The notes: generated from the sequence alone by a model not told the origin. A stretch of DNA of 45,626 nucleotides from Planctomycetota bacterium (GCA_043816375.1 JBDRIB010000217.1:1-45626), one strand, 5' to 3'. Shown: positions 19,171 through 29,464, counted from the first letter of the stretch. Numbers and translations: made by a program.

Positions 19171-20610
19171 TTATTCACTTTCCAGAAGCCTTGCAAGCCT
19201 GGACCGGTCGGGGTCGATGATGAGAGTTTTGTTGTTCGAATACGTCACTTTACCCGGGGGTGAACCCTTTGGTTTCCGGACAAATTTCTTCTGAGTATAG
19301 TCCACCGGGACCTTTGAGGAACGACGCACTTTGCTGTAATAGACCGCCAGGTTGGCCGCATCGAGCAGGGTCTCCAGCGAGGCGGTCCTGTTGCGGGGGA
19401 TGCGCACGATTACGTGCGAGCCTGCCCGATTCCGGGTGTGCATCCAGATGTCGTTGCCCCGGGCGACCCTCATCGTGAGCGCGTCATTCCCGGCATTGTT
19501 CCTGCCGACCAGGATTTCAATCCCCTCGGCGGAAACAAATCTTCTTGCCCCGGAAGGCGAACCGGCCTTTTTTCGCTTTACGGCCGGAGTCTTTGTCGGG
19601 GCCTTCCCCGCCAGGGCGCGCGCTTCGGACAACTGCTCCGGACTCTCGGCGCGGGCGGCCGTATCCAGAGCGGCGTCTATGCGCCGGATGTCTTCTTCGA
19701 CCTGTTCCAGGCGTCTTCGAATTACGGGCAGAGCGGTCTTGAGTTTCCGCGCGCGTTTGAAGATTCGTTCCATACAGACCCTCGGCGAAACCCTGGGGTC
19801 CAGTTCGATTTCAACCTCTTTCATACCCGAATCGAAGTAGTCCACAACCCTGGCCGATTCCGCTCCTTTGGGAATGGATGGGAGATTGGCCTTGAGCAGT
19901 TCCGCCCTGTTCATCAGTTCTTCGTGACGCGAGCAGTTCTCCAAATCCGCAAGCATTTTCTCCCGTTTGCGCTCCAGCCGCTTCCTGCGCGATTTCAATT
20001 TCGAGGCAAGTTCGGCGGCGGCCCCCCACAAATCCCCGAGTTTCTGCCGCTCGTCGTAAAACCTTTCGATTTCCGCGCAGATGTCTTCGGCTCCGGCAAA
20101 TTCCTCTCGCACTCCGACGCCGGCCTCGGGCCGCTTCCGGGGCGGCAGATAGGGCTGACCGGGTGACGGCTTGCGTCCGGCGGTTCCCGCCGCGCGGAGC
20201 ATAAAAATAATTTTTCGCCCGGAGTCGAGCAAAAAGATGTTGGAAGCGGGGCCCATCAGTTCGGCGACAAGGCAGACAGGTTCGCCGCCGGAGCCGCGCA
20301 GGGAAAATTCGACAACCCGGTCTTCGTTTACCTGCTCCACACCGTCGATGATGCAGCCGTGCAGGGCGCCTCGCAGCGACGAAGTGAAGCGGCCGACGGT
20401 TCTTGGAGCCTTGACGCGTTTTGAGCGGAGATGAAGCCTCGATGCCTTCTCCTGCGTGGATATGAGCAGGCGAATCGATGCCTCGGCACTGCGCAGCGTC
20501 AGCACAAGGACGCCTTCACGCGGCTCAAGAACATCGCGTATCTCGGCACCGGGGACCGCCCTTTGCAATTCCGAAACGACCAGGGCTATTTCTTCCGCGT
20601 TGAGAGACAT
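19171..20610 (-). CDS. rqcH: Ribosome quality-control factor RqcH (NFACT/FbpA family)
   Basis: NFACT-N with EDR and ELMG motifs, coiled coil, NFACT-R (VGRNNAGND, WMHTRNRAGSHV, AANLAVYYSK, VRKPKGSPPGKVTY). Confidence 0.88.
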   Translation of the reverse strand: MSLNAEEIALVVSELQRAVPGAEIRDVLEPREGVLVLTLRSAEASIRLLISTQEKASRLHLRSKRVKAPRTVGRFTSSLRGALHGCIIDGVEQVNEDRVVEFSLRGSGGEPVCLVAELMGPASNIFLLDSGRKIIFMLRAAGTAGRKPSPGQPYLPPRKRPEAGVGVREEFAGAEDICAEIERFYDERQKLGDLWGAAAELASKLKSRRKRLERKREKMLADLENCSRHEELMNRAELLKANLPSIPKGAESARVVDYFDSGMKEVEIELDPRVSPRVCMERIFKRARKLKTALPVIRRRLEQVEEDIRRIDAALDTAARAESPEQLSEARALAGKAPTKTPAVKRKKAGSPSGARRFVSAEGIEILVGRNNAGNDALTMRVARGNDIWMHTRNRAGSHVIVRIPRNRTASLETLLDAANLAVYYSKVRRSSKVPVDYTQKKFVRKPKGSPPGKVTYSNNKTLIIDPDRSRLARLLESE

Positions 20611-20693
20611 AAGGATTAGGATAAGGCTTTTGCCTGAAAGGTCAATACGCAAGACGAAATGAACCGCAATTTAAGCGATTTTTCATTATTTTG

Positions 20694-20721
20694 TTGACAG
20701 GGTAATGATAACTGATAGAAT
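20694..20721 (+). promoter_or_regulatory. rpsB-tsf promoter
   Basis: TTGACA-N16-TAGAAT with TGn extension, followed by a ~150-nt leader with hairpins. Confidence 0.7.
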
Positions 20722-20874
20722 ATCACCCACTTAAGCGGCACGCAGTACGGGACTGCGGTCATATGGATTCGTTTTTTTTTTATACCACTCGCAACGAGCA
20801 CAGGCAATGGCCGGTATGCCACGGGGGCATTCCGGACAACCTGAGATGCTTGTGCGCCAGTTAAGGAGCAGGCG

Positions 20875-22107
20875 TTGCCGATTAATTCCATCCTCGATCT
20901 CGCCGAAGCCGGAGTACACTTCGGTCACCGCGTCAGCCGCTGGAACCCCAAGATGAAGCCCTTCATCAGGTCCAAGCGGAAAGTCATCCACGTTATCGAC
21001 CTCAAAAAAACCTGCACCGGCCTGGTACGCGCCGTTTACTTCCTGGAAAATGTCGCCGCCGAAGGCGGAAAAATCCTCTTTGTCGGCACAAAGCGCCCGG
21101 CCAAGGCCGTGATAGAAGAAGTCGCAAAAAAATGCGAAATGCCTTTCGTCACGGAACGCTGGCTCGGCGGCTCTCTCACCAACCATATGACGGTTCGCTC
21201 GCGCCTGGCGCGGCTTGAAGAAATCGAATCGATGGAACGCACCGGAGAGATAGAGCGCTACAGCAAGAAAATGATTTCCTCCATTATGCGCGAGAAGAGG
21301 AAACTCGTGCGCAACCTTGATGGAATCCGAACCCTTAACCGGCTTCCGCGCACGCTGGTCATCGTCGATCCCCGGCAGGAAGCAATAGCCGTCAAAGAAG
21401 CGCGAAAACTGAACATACCCGTCGTAGCGCTTATCGATACCGACAGCGACCCGGATCTCATAGATATTCCCATACCCGGCAACGACGACGCGATGCGCTC
21501 CATACTAATTATTATGCAAGAACTGGAGCAGGCCGTGGAGAAAGGCATCAAGCGGTTCATCGCCTCGGGAGGCGTCGCAATCGATGAAGAGCCGAAAGCG
21601 CCGGCCTCACCCGACGAAGGCGCCCCGTTCCAGAAAAGAAGGCCGCGTCGCGGGGGAGGCGGACGACCGGGCGGACCGGGCGGCCGTGGCGGACCGGGCG
21701 GCCGTGGCGGACCGCGCGATCGCGGAGGCATCCCCGCCCCCAAGCAGGTTGCAGAAGCGGCGAAGGCCAAGCCTGCCGGAGAGCAACCCGCTAAAGAAGC
21801 AGTGAAGGCCACCGAGCAAAAATCTCCGCCGCCGCAACCCGCTCAAGACACAGTGAAGGCCGCCGAGCAAAAATCTCCGCCGCCGCAGCCCGCTCAAGAC
21901 ACAGTGAAGGCCGCTGAGCAAAAATCTCCGCCGCCGCAACCCGCTCAAGACACAGTGAAAGCCGCTGAGCAAAAATCTCCGCCGCCGCAGCCCGAACCAA
22001 AAGCCGAGCAGGAACCAGCCGCTCCCCGGCCGGAACCCAAACCGGAATCAGTTGCAGAAGCACAACAGGCCGATACAGACAAGCCTGCGCCGGAAGAATC
22101 CACCTAA
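20875..22107 (+). CDS. rpsB: 30S ribosomal protein S2 with a long low-complexity C-terminal extension
   Basis: AGVHFGH...WNPKM, LFVGTK, RWLGGSLTN, DTDSDPD..IPGNDDA. TTG start after AAGGAG. Confidence 0.97.
   Translation: MPINSILDLAEAGVHFGHRVSRWNPKMKPFIRSKRKVIHVIDLKKTCTGLVRAVYFLENVAAEGGKILFVGTKRPAKAVIEEVAKKCEMPFVTERWLGGSLTNHMTVRSRLARLEEIESMERTGEIERYSKKMISSIMREKRKLVRNLDGIRTLNRLPRTLVIVDPRQEAIAVKEARKLNIPVVALIDTDSDPDLIDIPIPGNDDAMRSILIIMQELEQAVEKGIKRFIASGGVAIDEEPKAPASPDEGAPFQKRRPRRGGGGRPGGPGGRGGPGGRGGPRDRGGIPAPKQVAEAAKAKPAGEQPAKEAVKATEQKSPPPQPAQDTVKAAEQKSPPPQPAQDTVKAAEQKSPPPQPAQDTVKAAEQKSPPPQPEPKAEQEPAAPRPEPKPESVAEAQQADTDKPAPEEST
21800..21994 (+). repeat. 51-bp (17-aa) in-frame tandem repeat, about 4 copies, in the rpsB tail
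   Basis: cagtgaa unit starts at 21800, 21851, 21902 and 21953, encoding VKAAEQKSPPPQPAQDT. Confidence 0.95.
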
Positions 22108-22134
22108 TCCAGCCCCGGCGACACAGGATGTACT

Positions 22135-22174
22135 CAGCGGAAGATACTACAGCCTTCCCACGCTGGTTTTTTTT
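22135..22174 (+). terminator. Possible attenuator or terminator between rpsB and tsf
   Basis: Imperfect hairpin cagcggaag...cttcccacgctg followed by T8. Confidence 0.4.
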
Positions 22175-22194
22175 GCAACTCTGGAGAAAGACTA

Positions 22195-23055
22195 ATGACA
22201 GTCACCGCGGAAATGGTGAAAACGCTCCGTGAAAGAACGGGACTCGGGATGATGGCCTGCCGCAAGGCGCTTCTTGAAACGGAAGGCGATATGGACAAGG
22301 CCGTAGAACTGCTCCGCAAGAAGGGAGAGTTGAAGGCTGCGAAAAAGGCTGAACGCGGCACCGGGGAGGGGTGTATCGCAGTGCATATTTCCGACGACGC
22401 AACGACAGCGGCAATGGTCGAAGTAAATTGCGAGACGGATTTCGTCGCCCGCAATCCCGAATTCCGCTCCATTGTGGAAGGCCTCGCATCCAGGGCCGCA
22501 GGCTGGGACTTCGAGGGAGTGGTTGAGGACATCACCGGATTCGACCCCGATGGCCGGATATCGTCTCAACTGACACAAACCATATCAAAACTGGGCGAGA
22601 ATATGCTCTTTCGCCGAGCCGCACGGATGACGAGCGGCAAAGGCATCACAGGATACTACGTCCACACCAATAACAAGATCGGCGTCCTGCTGGAACTTGA
22701 ATGTCCGGAGTCCGCGCGCGGCGACGACGCGGTCCGGGCCCTTGCAAAGGACCTCTGCATGCAGGCGGCTTCGCTGAATGCCATCTGTGTCACGCGCGAC
22801 GAGGTTCCAGGCGAAATCGTCGAAAAGGAGCGGGAAATCTACCGCGAACAGATAAAAGACAAACCTGCTGACATACAGGACAAGATAATCGACGGCAAAC
22901 TCAACGCATTCTACAAGGAATACGTGCTTCTCGAGCAACCGTTCATAAAGGAACAGAAAGTTGCCGTCTCAAAACACATCGAATCCGTCGGCAAATCAGT
23001 CGGCGGGCCTCTGGCCGTCAGGCGTTTCACGCGATTCGTCGTCGGACAGGACTAA
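22195..23055 (+). CDS. tsf: Elongation factor Ts
   Basis: VKTLRERTGLGMMACRKAL, EVNCETDFVARN, KLGEN, LLEQPFIK. Follows rpsB. Confidence 0.98.
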   Translation: MTVTAEMVKTLRERTGLGMMACRKALLETEGDMDKAVELLRKKGELKAAKKAERGTGEGCIAVHISDDATTAAMVEVNCETDFVARNPEFRSIVEGLASRAAGWDFEGVVEDITGFDPDGRISSQLTQTISKLGENMLFRRAARMTSGKGITGYYVHTNNKIGVLLELECPESARGDDAVRALAKDLCMQAASLNAICVTRDEVPGEIVEKEREIYREQIKDKPADIQDKIIDGKLNAFYKEYVLLEQPFIKEQKVAVSKHIESVGKSVGGPLAVRRFTRFVVGQD

Positions 23056-23253
23056 GCGCTCCGACATAAATTTCTTTATATTAAAAGCGGCCTGCCCCGC
23101 ATTGCCGCTGAAAATCCGCCCATAAATCTTGCGTACACTCCCCGAACGGCTTACCCTCATTATCCCCTTCCAATTATACGCCAAAAACGGTAAAATGATA
23201 TTTCACAGCAAGGGAGAGGTATTAAAACACGCCACAATCCTGGAGATATCCTT

Positions 23254-25683
23254 ATGCTTTCCAGATTCAACCGGCGCGCGTTCGCAACAGCAATCCTCCT
23301 GTCCTGCCTGCTTTTGTGCGAAACACCCGGCCTCCACGGGTCCGCCGACCCGCAAATCGTTGCGCCGACCCGAACCGAAATCAAAATCGCGGAGCAAATG
23401 TTGCTCCAGGCGAAAAAGGAGTTCACAGACGAACTTACCCGCCTCCCGATTCCGGAAAATGACGCGATATTTCTCTGCAGGATAGCCGCAGCGTGGTGTG
23501 ACGTGAACAAGGCAGAAGCAATCAAGTTAATCTCGGACATTCGACGATACGTGAAAAATGCCAATTACAATGTCTTTCCGAAACTTCTTGAAGCGGGCGA
23601 GGCCGGAGGCCCGCAGGTGATGAAAATTGTCCTGACCGATTTCCCCAGGCCGTCCTGGCTTCGCGGCTCTGATGAGAGCCCGCCTGTCCAGCCGACAATC
23701 CTTGAAATCGCCAAACACTCCAAAGCTGTCACGTGGGAACAAATTCAAGCCGTTCTCAAATACACTTCAGACCCCGCCTTCAGACGCGAAGTTGAACTCC
23801 TCTGGGCGGAAACGGGAATCATCCGCGAACCCGAGAAGGCAATCGAGACAATTGAAAAGCACCTCGAGGATGAAGAGGAAAGAGAAAAGTTCTACCAAAA
23901 GATGGCGAAACAACTTGAACAGGAGGAGGGCTACATTCCTGTCGCGGTCAAACTCTATTCAAAGATTGCTGAATATGAAGAACTCGTCAGTCGCCCGGGA
24001 GAATTCACCAGCAAAGTGGCGGAAGGCATCGCGCGAAATATGGCGCGATTCGGGCGCCGCGTGCCGGAAGGCGACATTACCGCGCTCATCACATTCGCTG
24101 ATAAACTGGACGCGCCATACGCTCAAATGGTTATCCTGGACGCAGTCGCTCACGATTATTATTACAAAGACAAGAAGCGGGATGCGGCGACACTTTGTGC
24201 CGCGCTGAAAAATGCTCCGCCCCACTACCAGCAGGCACTGCTTTTGCGCATAGCAAAGTCATCCCCGTCCATCCTTGCCGAGGCCTTGAAAGAGTTGAAA
24301 GATGCCCCCGTGAAAGGTGCATTGCTGTGGGAAGAAATAAGACACTCCAGGGCCGCCACCATGCAAATGGCGGAGGTCTTGTTCGATATGACAATCAAGG
24401 GTGGAAATATCGGGGATTTGAAAGACTCGCGCCTGCTGGCGAGAATCGCCCAGAACAAGCCCGTCGAGACATTTGAAATTCTGGCCGGAGAGTTCGAATC
24501 CGAAGACAAAAATCGCCGCGAAACGGCGGCGCAGTGCCTCCTGTTCGCCTCGCAGAGCAGTGACAGAGAAGCCGCAACAAAACTGCTCGAATCCATCGGG
24601 GAAAACAAGGAGATGATGTCGAAGATATTCGCAAAGCAGCCATATCGTTCACTCCTCGTCGCGGCATTGCACAATGTCGCCCCCGCCGAGGCCGGGAAAC
24701 AGTGTTACCAGATACTCAAAGAGATAAAGGCAGGCCAGTGGCCTGCGACGGAAAATGTCCTCTACCTCTTTATCACCGAACCAAAGATGGCCAATGAGTT
24801 CATCCCTTCGCTGGGTGCCGATGCCGTGGCGGCGCTGTTTCATAAAGCCGATAAACTCGCCCGTATTGCCGCCTTTGCGCCCAAGGCAAGGGCGAATAAA
24901 GAATTGAGAAGGGTTGCTCTCGCGCTGGGATGGCTGGCCGACAAGATAATGATGCCGAAAGACACCCACGCGACAAGGGAAGAACTGCTGCAGAAGGCCC
25001 TGGAGGCCCTTTTGTGCGAATGGATGGAAGTTGATCCTGAAGGAGCAATAGCCTGCGCGAGTTCCCTCCCCCACACCAACCTCAGAACGCCGCTCATTAT
25101 GGGACTTATTCCGCTGCTCGCAGAAATCAGGCATCAGAAAATACGCCTTGCACGCGATATGATTATTGCCTATGCCGCCACCGACAAAAGCATACGCAAG
25201 GAGTTGTTTACGCAACTCCTTCTCAAACTGTCAGAAAATCATCCGAACGAGGCGGCCGGTATTTTTGACAAGGTGTCCCCCCCCGAGACCTTTACACAGG
25301 CCATCAAAACACTTACCGAGGGCTGGAAAAGCAGGTTCTTCGCCGACCAGGCGGAACTGGTCAAGGCGTGCCTCAGGACATTCGAAGCCACAAAGCCATC
25401 GACGACAGAGGACCTCAAAATCTTTGCCTCTATGTGCGAACTTCTGGCCAGAGTCGATCCCGGCTCGATGAAATACGCCGCACAACGCCTGCACAAAACC
25501 CTTGAGAAAAAGAAAGTGATGCCTGAAGTCCCGCTGCTCGTCCCGATAGCCTACTATGACCCGCTATATGTCCTTACACTGTGCCGGCTGGAAAAGGATG
25601 CCCGCAGGCGCGCCGAAACCTGCCTGAAACTGGCCGAGTATATGCTCAAAGACAAGCCGTCTCTCGAAAGAATAGAAGATTGA
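23254..25683 (+). CDS. Large secreted alpha-helical repeat hypothetical protein
   Basis: 809-aa ORF, GGAG RBS, N-terminal hydrophobic signal, HEAT/ARM-like composition. No family recognised. Confidence 0.65.
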   Translation: MLSRFNRRAFATAILLSCLLLCETPGLHGSADPQIVAPTRTEIKIAEQMLLQAKKEFTDELTRLPIPENDAIFLCRIAAAWCDVNKAEAIKLISDIRRYVKNANYNVFPKLLEAGEAGGPQVMKIVLTDFPRPSWLRGSDESPPVQPTILEIAKHSKAVTWEQIQAVLKYTSDPAFRREVELLWAETGIIREPEKAIETIEKHLEDEEEREKFYQKMAKQLEQEEGYIPVAVKLYSKIAEYEELVSRPGEFTSKVAEGIARNMARFGRRVPEGDITALITFADKLDAPYAQMVILDAVAHDYYYKDKKRDAATLCAALKNAPPHYQQALLLRIAKSSPSILAEALKELKDAPVKGALLWEEIRHSRAATMQMAEVLFDMTIKGGNIGDLKDSRLLARIAQNKPVETFEILAGEFESEDKNRRETAAQCLLFASQSSDREAATKLLESIGENKEMMSKIFAKQPYRSLLVAALHNVAPAEAGKQCYQILKEIKAGQWPATENVLYLFITEPKMANEFIPSLGADAVAALFHKADKLARIAAFAPKARANKELRRVALALGWLADKIMMPKDTHATREELLQKALEALLCEWMEVDPEGAIACASSLPHTNLRTPLIMGLIPLLAEIRHQKIRLARDMIIAYAATDKSIRKELFTQLLLKLSENHPNEAAGIFDKVSPPETFTQAIKTLTEGWKSRFFADQAELVKACLRTFEATKPSTTEDLKIFASMCELLARVDPGSMKYAAQRLHKTLEKKKVMPEVPLLVPIAYYDPLYVLTLCRLEKDARRRAETCLKLAEYMLKDKPSLERIED

Positions 25684-25858
25684 AAATCCGCGCGCAAATC
25701 CACGCAGGAAGTCGGATGGGCGCCTCGCAAGCCGGGCTCTCGTCTTGCAATAAAGATGACCATCAATTCGGCCGATGATAATAAATGGCAGTAAAAGGCA
25801 GCTGAATATATACCGTGAACGCTTTACACGTCTATCTCTTGACGCGAGGAAAAGAATT

Positions 25859-26161
25859 ATGAGAATGCTGAAATTCGCCGTATTCGCATTGCTTGTCACC
25901 GCTCTCGTCGTCGCGTATGCCGGTTGCAGCAGCAAGAAGGCAACCGACGATCCCAAAGATGACGAATTTTCCATGAAGCCGCTTGAAAACGAAAAAGGAA
26001 TTTTCATCGGCGACTGGAAAACGAGGACCTACCACAGGCCCTCCTGTCCACACGTTAAAGACATCAGGTCCGATGACAGGGTCGATTTCATCGGAATCCG
26101 CATTGCCCGGAGCGCAGGCTATGCCCCCTGTCCCGCCTGCCGTCCGGACGATGACGAATAG
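25859..26161 (+). CDS. Lipoprotein with an Ada-type metal-binding domain
   Basis: Lipobox YAGC and YHRPSC...ARSAGYAPCPACRP. Confidence 0.8.
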   Translation: MRMLKFAVFALLVTALVVAYAGCSSKKATDDPKDDEFSMKPLENEKGIFIGDWKTRTYHRPSCPHVKDIRSDDRVDFIGIRIARSAGYAPCPACRPDDDE

Positions 26162-26342
26162 CAGGATAATGCGCCGGGGCCCGGCACTTGCGCACAACGA
26201 TTATGATTAGTATATTCACGCCGTTCCGATTGCCTCGGGACGGCGTCTCTGTTTGCCGTTACACTATGGCTCCGTGCCGCTGAACATCCTTCATTGATGA
26301 TTGTGATGTTATTGTTCTTTGTGTAGTTAAAGAAACACCTGT

Positions 26343-26452
26343 TGCGAAAGGATGACATTTATCCGCCGATGTGTGTGGCGGACTTGTCCGCCTCCCTGGC
26401 CGTAAAGACCGAGCCTTTACGGCTCGGGCGGGCAGGCGGAGTCACCTTTCGT
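26343..26452. repeat. Modular intergenic repeat remnant
   Basis: tgcgaaaggatgacatttatccgcc is near the reverse complement of 9026-9050. cggctcgggcgggca also occurs at 2303. A gagtcacctttcg half-site is present. Confidence 0.65.
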
Positions 26453-26497
26453 GTTTCATTGGCAAGACGATCAATAATAATTCAGGCCCGCAACCGC

Positions 26498-28138
26498 GTG
26501 AACCAGACAGAACAAGGAAACCGCAAACGTTCGCGCCGCCGTTTCGACGCGCTGGCGGCGCTTGGGCTAATCATTGTCGCCGCCGGAATCGGTGCCTGGA
26601 ACGCATACTGGCGGCACTGGAACCACCTTGACGAAATGCCTGTGATGTGGGACGAGGCGCATTTCGAGGCGATGAGTATCCGCCTGAACAACGCGATGCG
26701 CGAGGGGCTCGCCGAAACGGCCCGCGTTTATGTCAATTATTCCCCCGACCAGGCACCGTTTCTCCCGCTGAGTACGTCATTTCTGTATTTTTTGCTGCCG
26801 GCGAAAACCGAAACCGCGCTCGTTGCGAACTCCATCTACGTCGCGGTGCTGCTTCTCTCGATATACTTCCTTGCCGCGCACCTTTCGCAGCGGCTCGCCG
26901 GCCTGCTTGCCTGCGCCGGGTTGATTGCGATAAGGCCGATGCTGGAGTTTACCAGGCTTTTCCGCACCGAGACGGCGCTTACGGCGCTGGTAGCGCTGAC
27001 CGTGCTGTGCCTGGTGAAATCAAGCCGGTTTCGCAAGCCCTGGTGGGCGCTCGCCGCCGGCATTGCGGGCGGCGCGGCGCTCCTGACCAACGGCATCGCG
27101 GCCGTGTATCTGACGGGCGCGGCGTTATACGTCACTCTCGGGATGATTTTCGACCGGCGTCTCCGCGCACGACAAATTCTTTTCTGGTTTGTTGCGGCCG
27201 TGCCGGCTTTCGGGATGGCGGCCTCGTGGTACGTCCCGAACCTTCAGAACCTGTGGAAGTTTCTAACGGATTTCGGGTTCGGCGAATCTGCGAGGCGATT
27301 CGGCGCCGGCGGCACTCTGTTCACGCTGCAGAACTGGCTATACTATCCCAGGAACATCATTGCGGCACTGCTGCTCCCGCTTTCAATTGCGTTTCTGGTG
27401 ACAACGGCGGCGGGAATTGCCGCGGCTTTTGTCAATGCGCGTCGAAACAAGCCTTCCGCCGTAACGCAGCACACTACGTCGCGCGGCTTTGACATATGGC
27501 TGCTGGTGGTCTGGGCCGCTTCATCGTATTTTTTCCTGAGCATCCCGCTGGACAAGAAAATTCACTTCGCGCTGACGTTTCTGCCCGCCGTTGTGCTGCT
27601 GCTCACTTATGTTTTCTGCAAGGCGAACCGGACGATTGTGAAAATATGCGGCGCCGTGCTCATTCTTTTTGCGTGCGGGATGAATTTCCGCTTCCATTTC
27701 ACGCAAACACAACCGTATATGCGCGAGAGCGACGTCAGGGTCGTCGAAAGCGGAAAGGAATTGTGGCAACTCGGAGAAATCGCCGACTCCGTTGCGCGCA
27801 ACTCCGGACCTCGCGACGAGACTGCCGTGGCGTTCCTTGCAAACCATGCAGTCTTTCAGGCAAAGACATTCGAACTGGAGGCCCTGCACCGGGGTTATGA
27901 CTTCACCCTGCATTACGTGAGCATAGTCATCGACAGCCAGATAAGTTCCGCCATAAGAAAATCGGACTTCGTCATAATAAAGGAAGGCAGGCAGACTCCG
28001 CCCCACCTTGTCATTGCTCCTGAAAAGGTTCAGAAGATACTCAAGGCATTGAAAAAAGAGACGGGAGAAGAATTCAGGAAGATTGAAGAATTTCCCCTGC
28101 CGGACGGCAAGGCTATTCTCCTGAAGCGCACGCGGTAA
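26498..28138 (+). CDS. ArnT/PMT-like (GT-C fold) membrane glycosyltransferase
   Basis: WDEAHF acidic loop after TM1, many TM helices, WY.PN motif. Start uncertain (GTG 26498), because the upstream ORF part overlaps repeat DNA. Confidence 0.8.
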   Translation: MNQTEQGNRKRSRRRFDALAALGLIIVAAGIGAWNAYWRHWNHLDEMPVMWDEAHFEAMSIRLNNAMREGLAETARVYVNYSPDQAPFLPLSTSFLYFLLPAKTETALVANSIYVAVLLLSIYFLAAHLSQRLAGLLACAGLIAIRPMLEFTRLFRTETALTALVALTVLCLVKSSRFRKPWWALAAGIAGGAALLTNGIAAVYLTGAALYVTLGMIFDRRLRARQILFWFVAAVPAFGMAASWYVPNLQNLWKFLTDFGFGESARRFGAGGTLFTLQNWLYYPRNIIAALLLPLSIAFLVTTAAGIAAAFVNARRNKPSAVTQHTTSRGFDIWLLVVWAASSYFFLSIPLDKKIHFALTFLPAVVLLLTYVFCKANRTIVKICGAVLILFACGMNFRFHFTQTQPYMRESDVRVVESGKELWQLGEIADSVARNSGPRDETAVAFLANHAVFQAKTFELEALHRGYDFTLHYVSIVIDSQISSAIRKSDFVIIKEGRQTPPHLVIAPEKVQKILKALKKETGEEFRKIEEFPLPDGKAILLKRTR

Positions 28139-28146
28139 GAAAAGGA

Positions 28147-28185
28147 AAGGGACAGCCCGCTCGCTCGCAGCGGGGGCTGTCCCTT
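28147..28185. terminator. Bidirectional intrinsic terminator
   Basis: aagggacagccc / gggctgtccctt stem with A-rich and T-rich flanks, between convergent genes. Confidence 0.75.
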
Positions 28186-28207
28186 CTTCTGTTTGTCCGT
28201 GTCCGTA

Positions 28208-28396
28208 CTATTCTATACTGATTGCCTCTACCGGGCAGTTCTCAGCCGCTTCCTTGATGGCATCCTCATTTGCCGCGTAGTCGGCGCCTTCAATTACCTC
28301 TGCCGCGTCGTTGACCTTGAAGACGTCGGGGCAGGTTTCCTCGCACAGCCCGCAGGCGGTACACTCATCGTTGATGGTAACTTTTGTTATCGCCAT
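28208..28396 (-). CDS. Single-cluster ferredoxin
   Basis: CTACGLC..TCPDVF...AAENCPVEAI, GAGGAG RBS. Confidence 0.92.
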   Translation of the reverse strand: MAITKVTINDECTACGLCEETCPDVFKVNDAAEVIEGADYAANEDAIKEAAENCPVEAISIE

Positions 28397-28519
28397 TGCC
28401 ACTCTCCTCATAAAGTGGTTCGCTGGAAGATTCGGGTACAGCAGTATAGCAACAGTTCAACGTACCGCAAGCAACTTGCACACTTTTTTCCGGGTCACTT
28501 TGGGCGCGCCCCGGTGAGC

Positions 28520-29464
28520 CTATTCACCCTCGCCGCCCTTTTCGGTTGCCTTGATGACCTCCTCGGCAAGGTTCAGGTAGCGTACTATGCGGTCAATATC
28601 GGCGGCGCATTCTATCTTTGCAATGTCTGCCTCGGCAAGTGCCTGCCTGGCTTCGACCAGGTCCAGGGGCTCCGGTATGGTTTCGTCTGTCTGCTTTGCT
28701 TCGAGTTCCTGTATCTTCTTGCGGAATGTGCGGATTAAAGCCGTCGACTTGAGATACTCCTCAAGATAGGTATCAATGACTTTAAGTTTGAGGCTTATCC
28801 GGGCAAGGTCTCTCTTATCTAATATGCCTGCCTTGTCCTTCTTGAGCAATTCGGGTGTGAAAAACTTCCTTCTCTCGTCGAGCATGGACGGCGCATTGGG
28901 GGGGATATAAGGAGAGGAAGAAAGGACAATCTTCCTGTCAATGCGCACAAGCGGATTGATATTTACCATCGTCGCCAGCAATTCGTGGATTCCATCAATG
29001 TAACTTTTCTGCAAATCAAGATATTCCAATTTCTTCTTTAAAAGGAGTTTTCGCGAATCTTCCAGATCGATATTGCGCAACGCGTCCCCCTTGGGCAGAG
29101 CAAGCGCTTTCCTGTATCTTTCCTCGGCCTTCGTGATTTGCTTGAGCAGCATCTCGCTTCGTCCGACGGCCAGCGCGGCATTCCAGTAGTCTTCGCACAG
29201 ACCTACCGCGGTATCGAACCGAAGTCTCTCCAGTTTTTCCGGGGGCATATCGGGGTCGATCTTTTTCATCTGGGCGATGGATTCATTGACGAGTTTTTCG
29301 GTCACATCCGTAATGCTGAGTTCCGCCTTTTCCGTTATAGATTCTTCTTTTACAGGCTCGTCCCCGGGCTCCGGGACGGTCGGCTCTGCGGACGGGTCCT
29401 GCGCAAGAACCATTACGGCTAATGCAAAAAAGAGGACGATTGTAAGCGCTGTTATCCGCTTCAT
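28520..29464 (-). CDS. Secreted helical hypothetical protein
   Basis: Signal peptide MKRITAL...VLA, coiled-coil-like sequence. Confidence 0.65.
   Translation of the reverse strand: MKRITALTIVLFFALAVMVLAQDPSAEPTVPEPGDEPVKEESITEKAELSITDVTEKLVNESIAQMKKIDPDMPPEKLERLRFDTAVGLCEDYWNAALAVGRSEMLLKQITKAEERYRKALALPKGDALRNIDLEDSRKLLLKKKLEYLDLQKSYIDGIHELLATMVNINPLVRIDRKIVLSSSPYIPPNAPSMLDERRKFFTPELLKKDKAGILDKRDLARISLKLKVIDTYLEEYLKSTALIRTFRKKIQELEAKQTDETIPEPLDLVEARQALAEADIAKIECAADIDRIVRYLNLAEEVIKATEKGGEGE

Noticed and set aside
21800-21994. 51-bp repeats as CRISPR or a DGR template
   Set aside because: Contiguous in-frame coding repeats with no spacers, and no reverse transcriptase in the window.
26165-26340. 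AT-richer stretch with short ORFs on both strands
   Set aside because: No RBS or start context and no recognisable motif. It may be a gene remnant.
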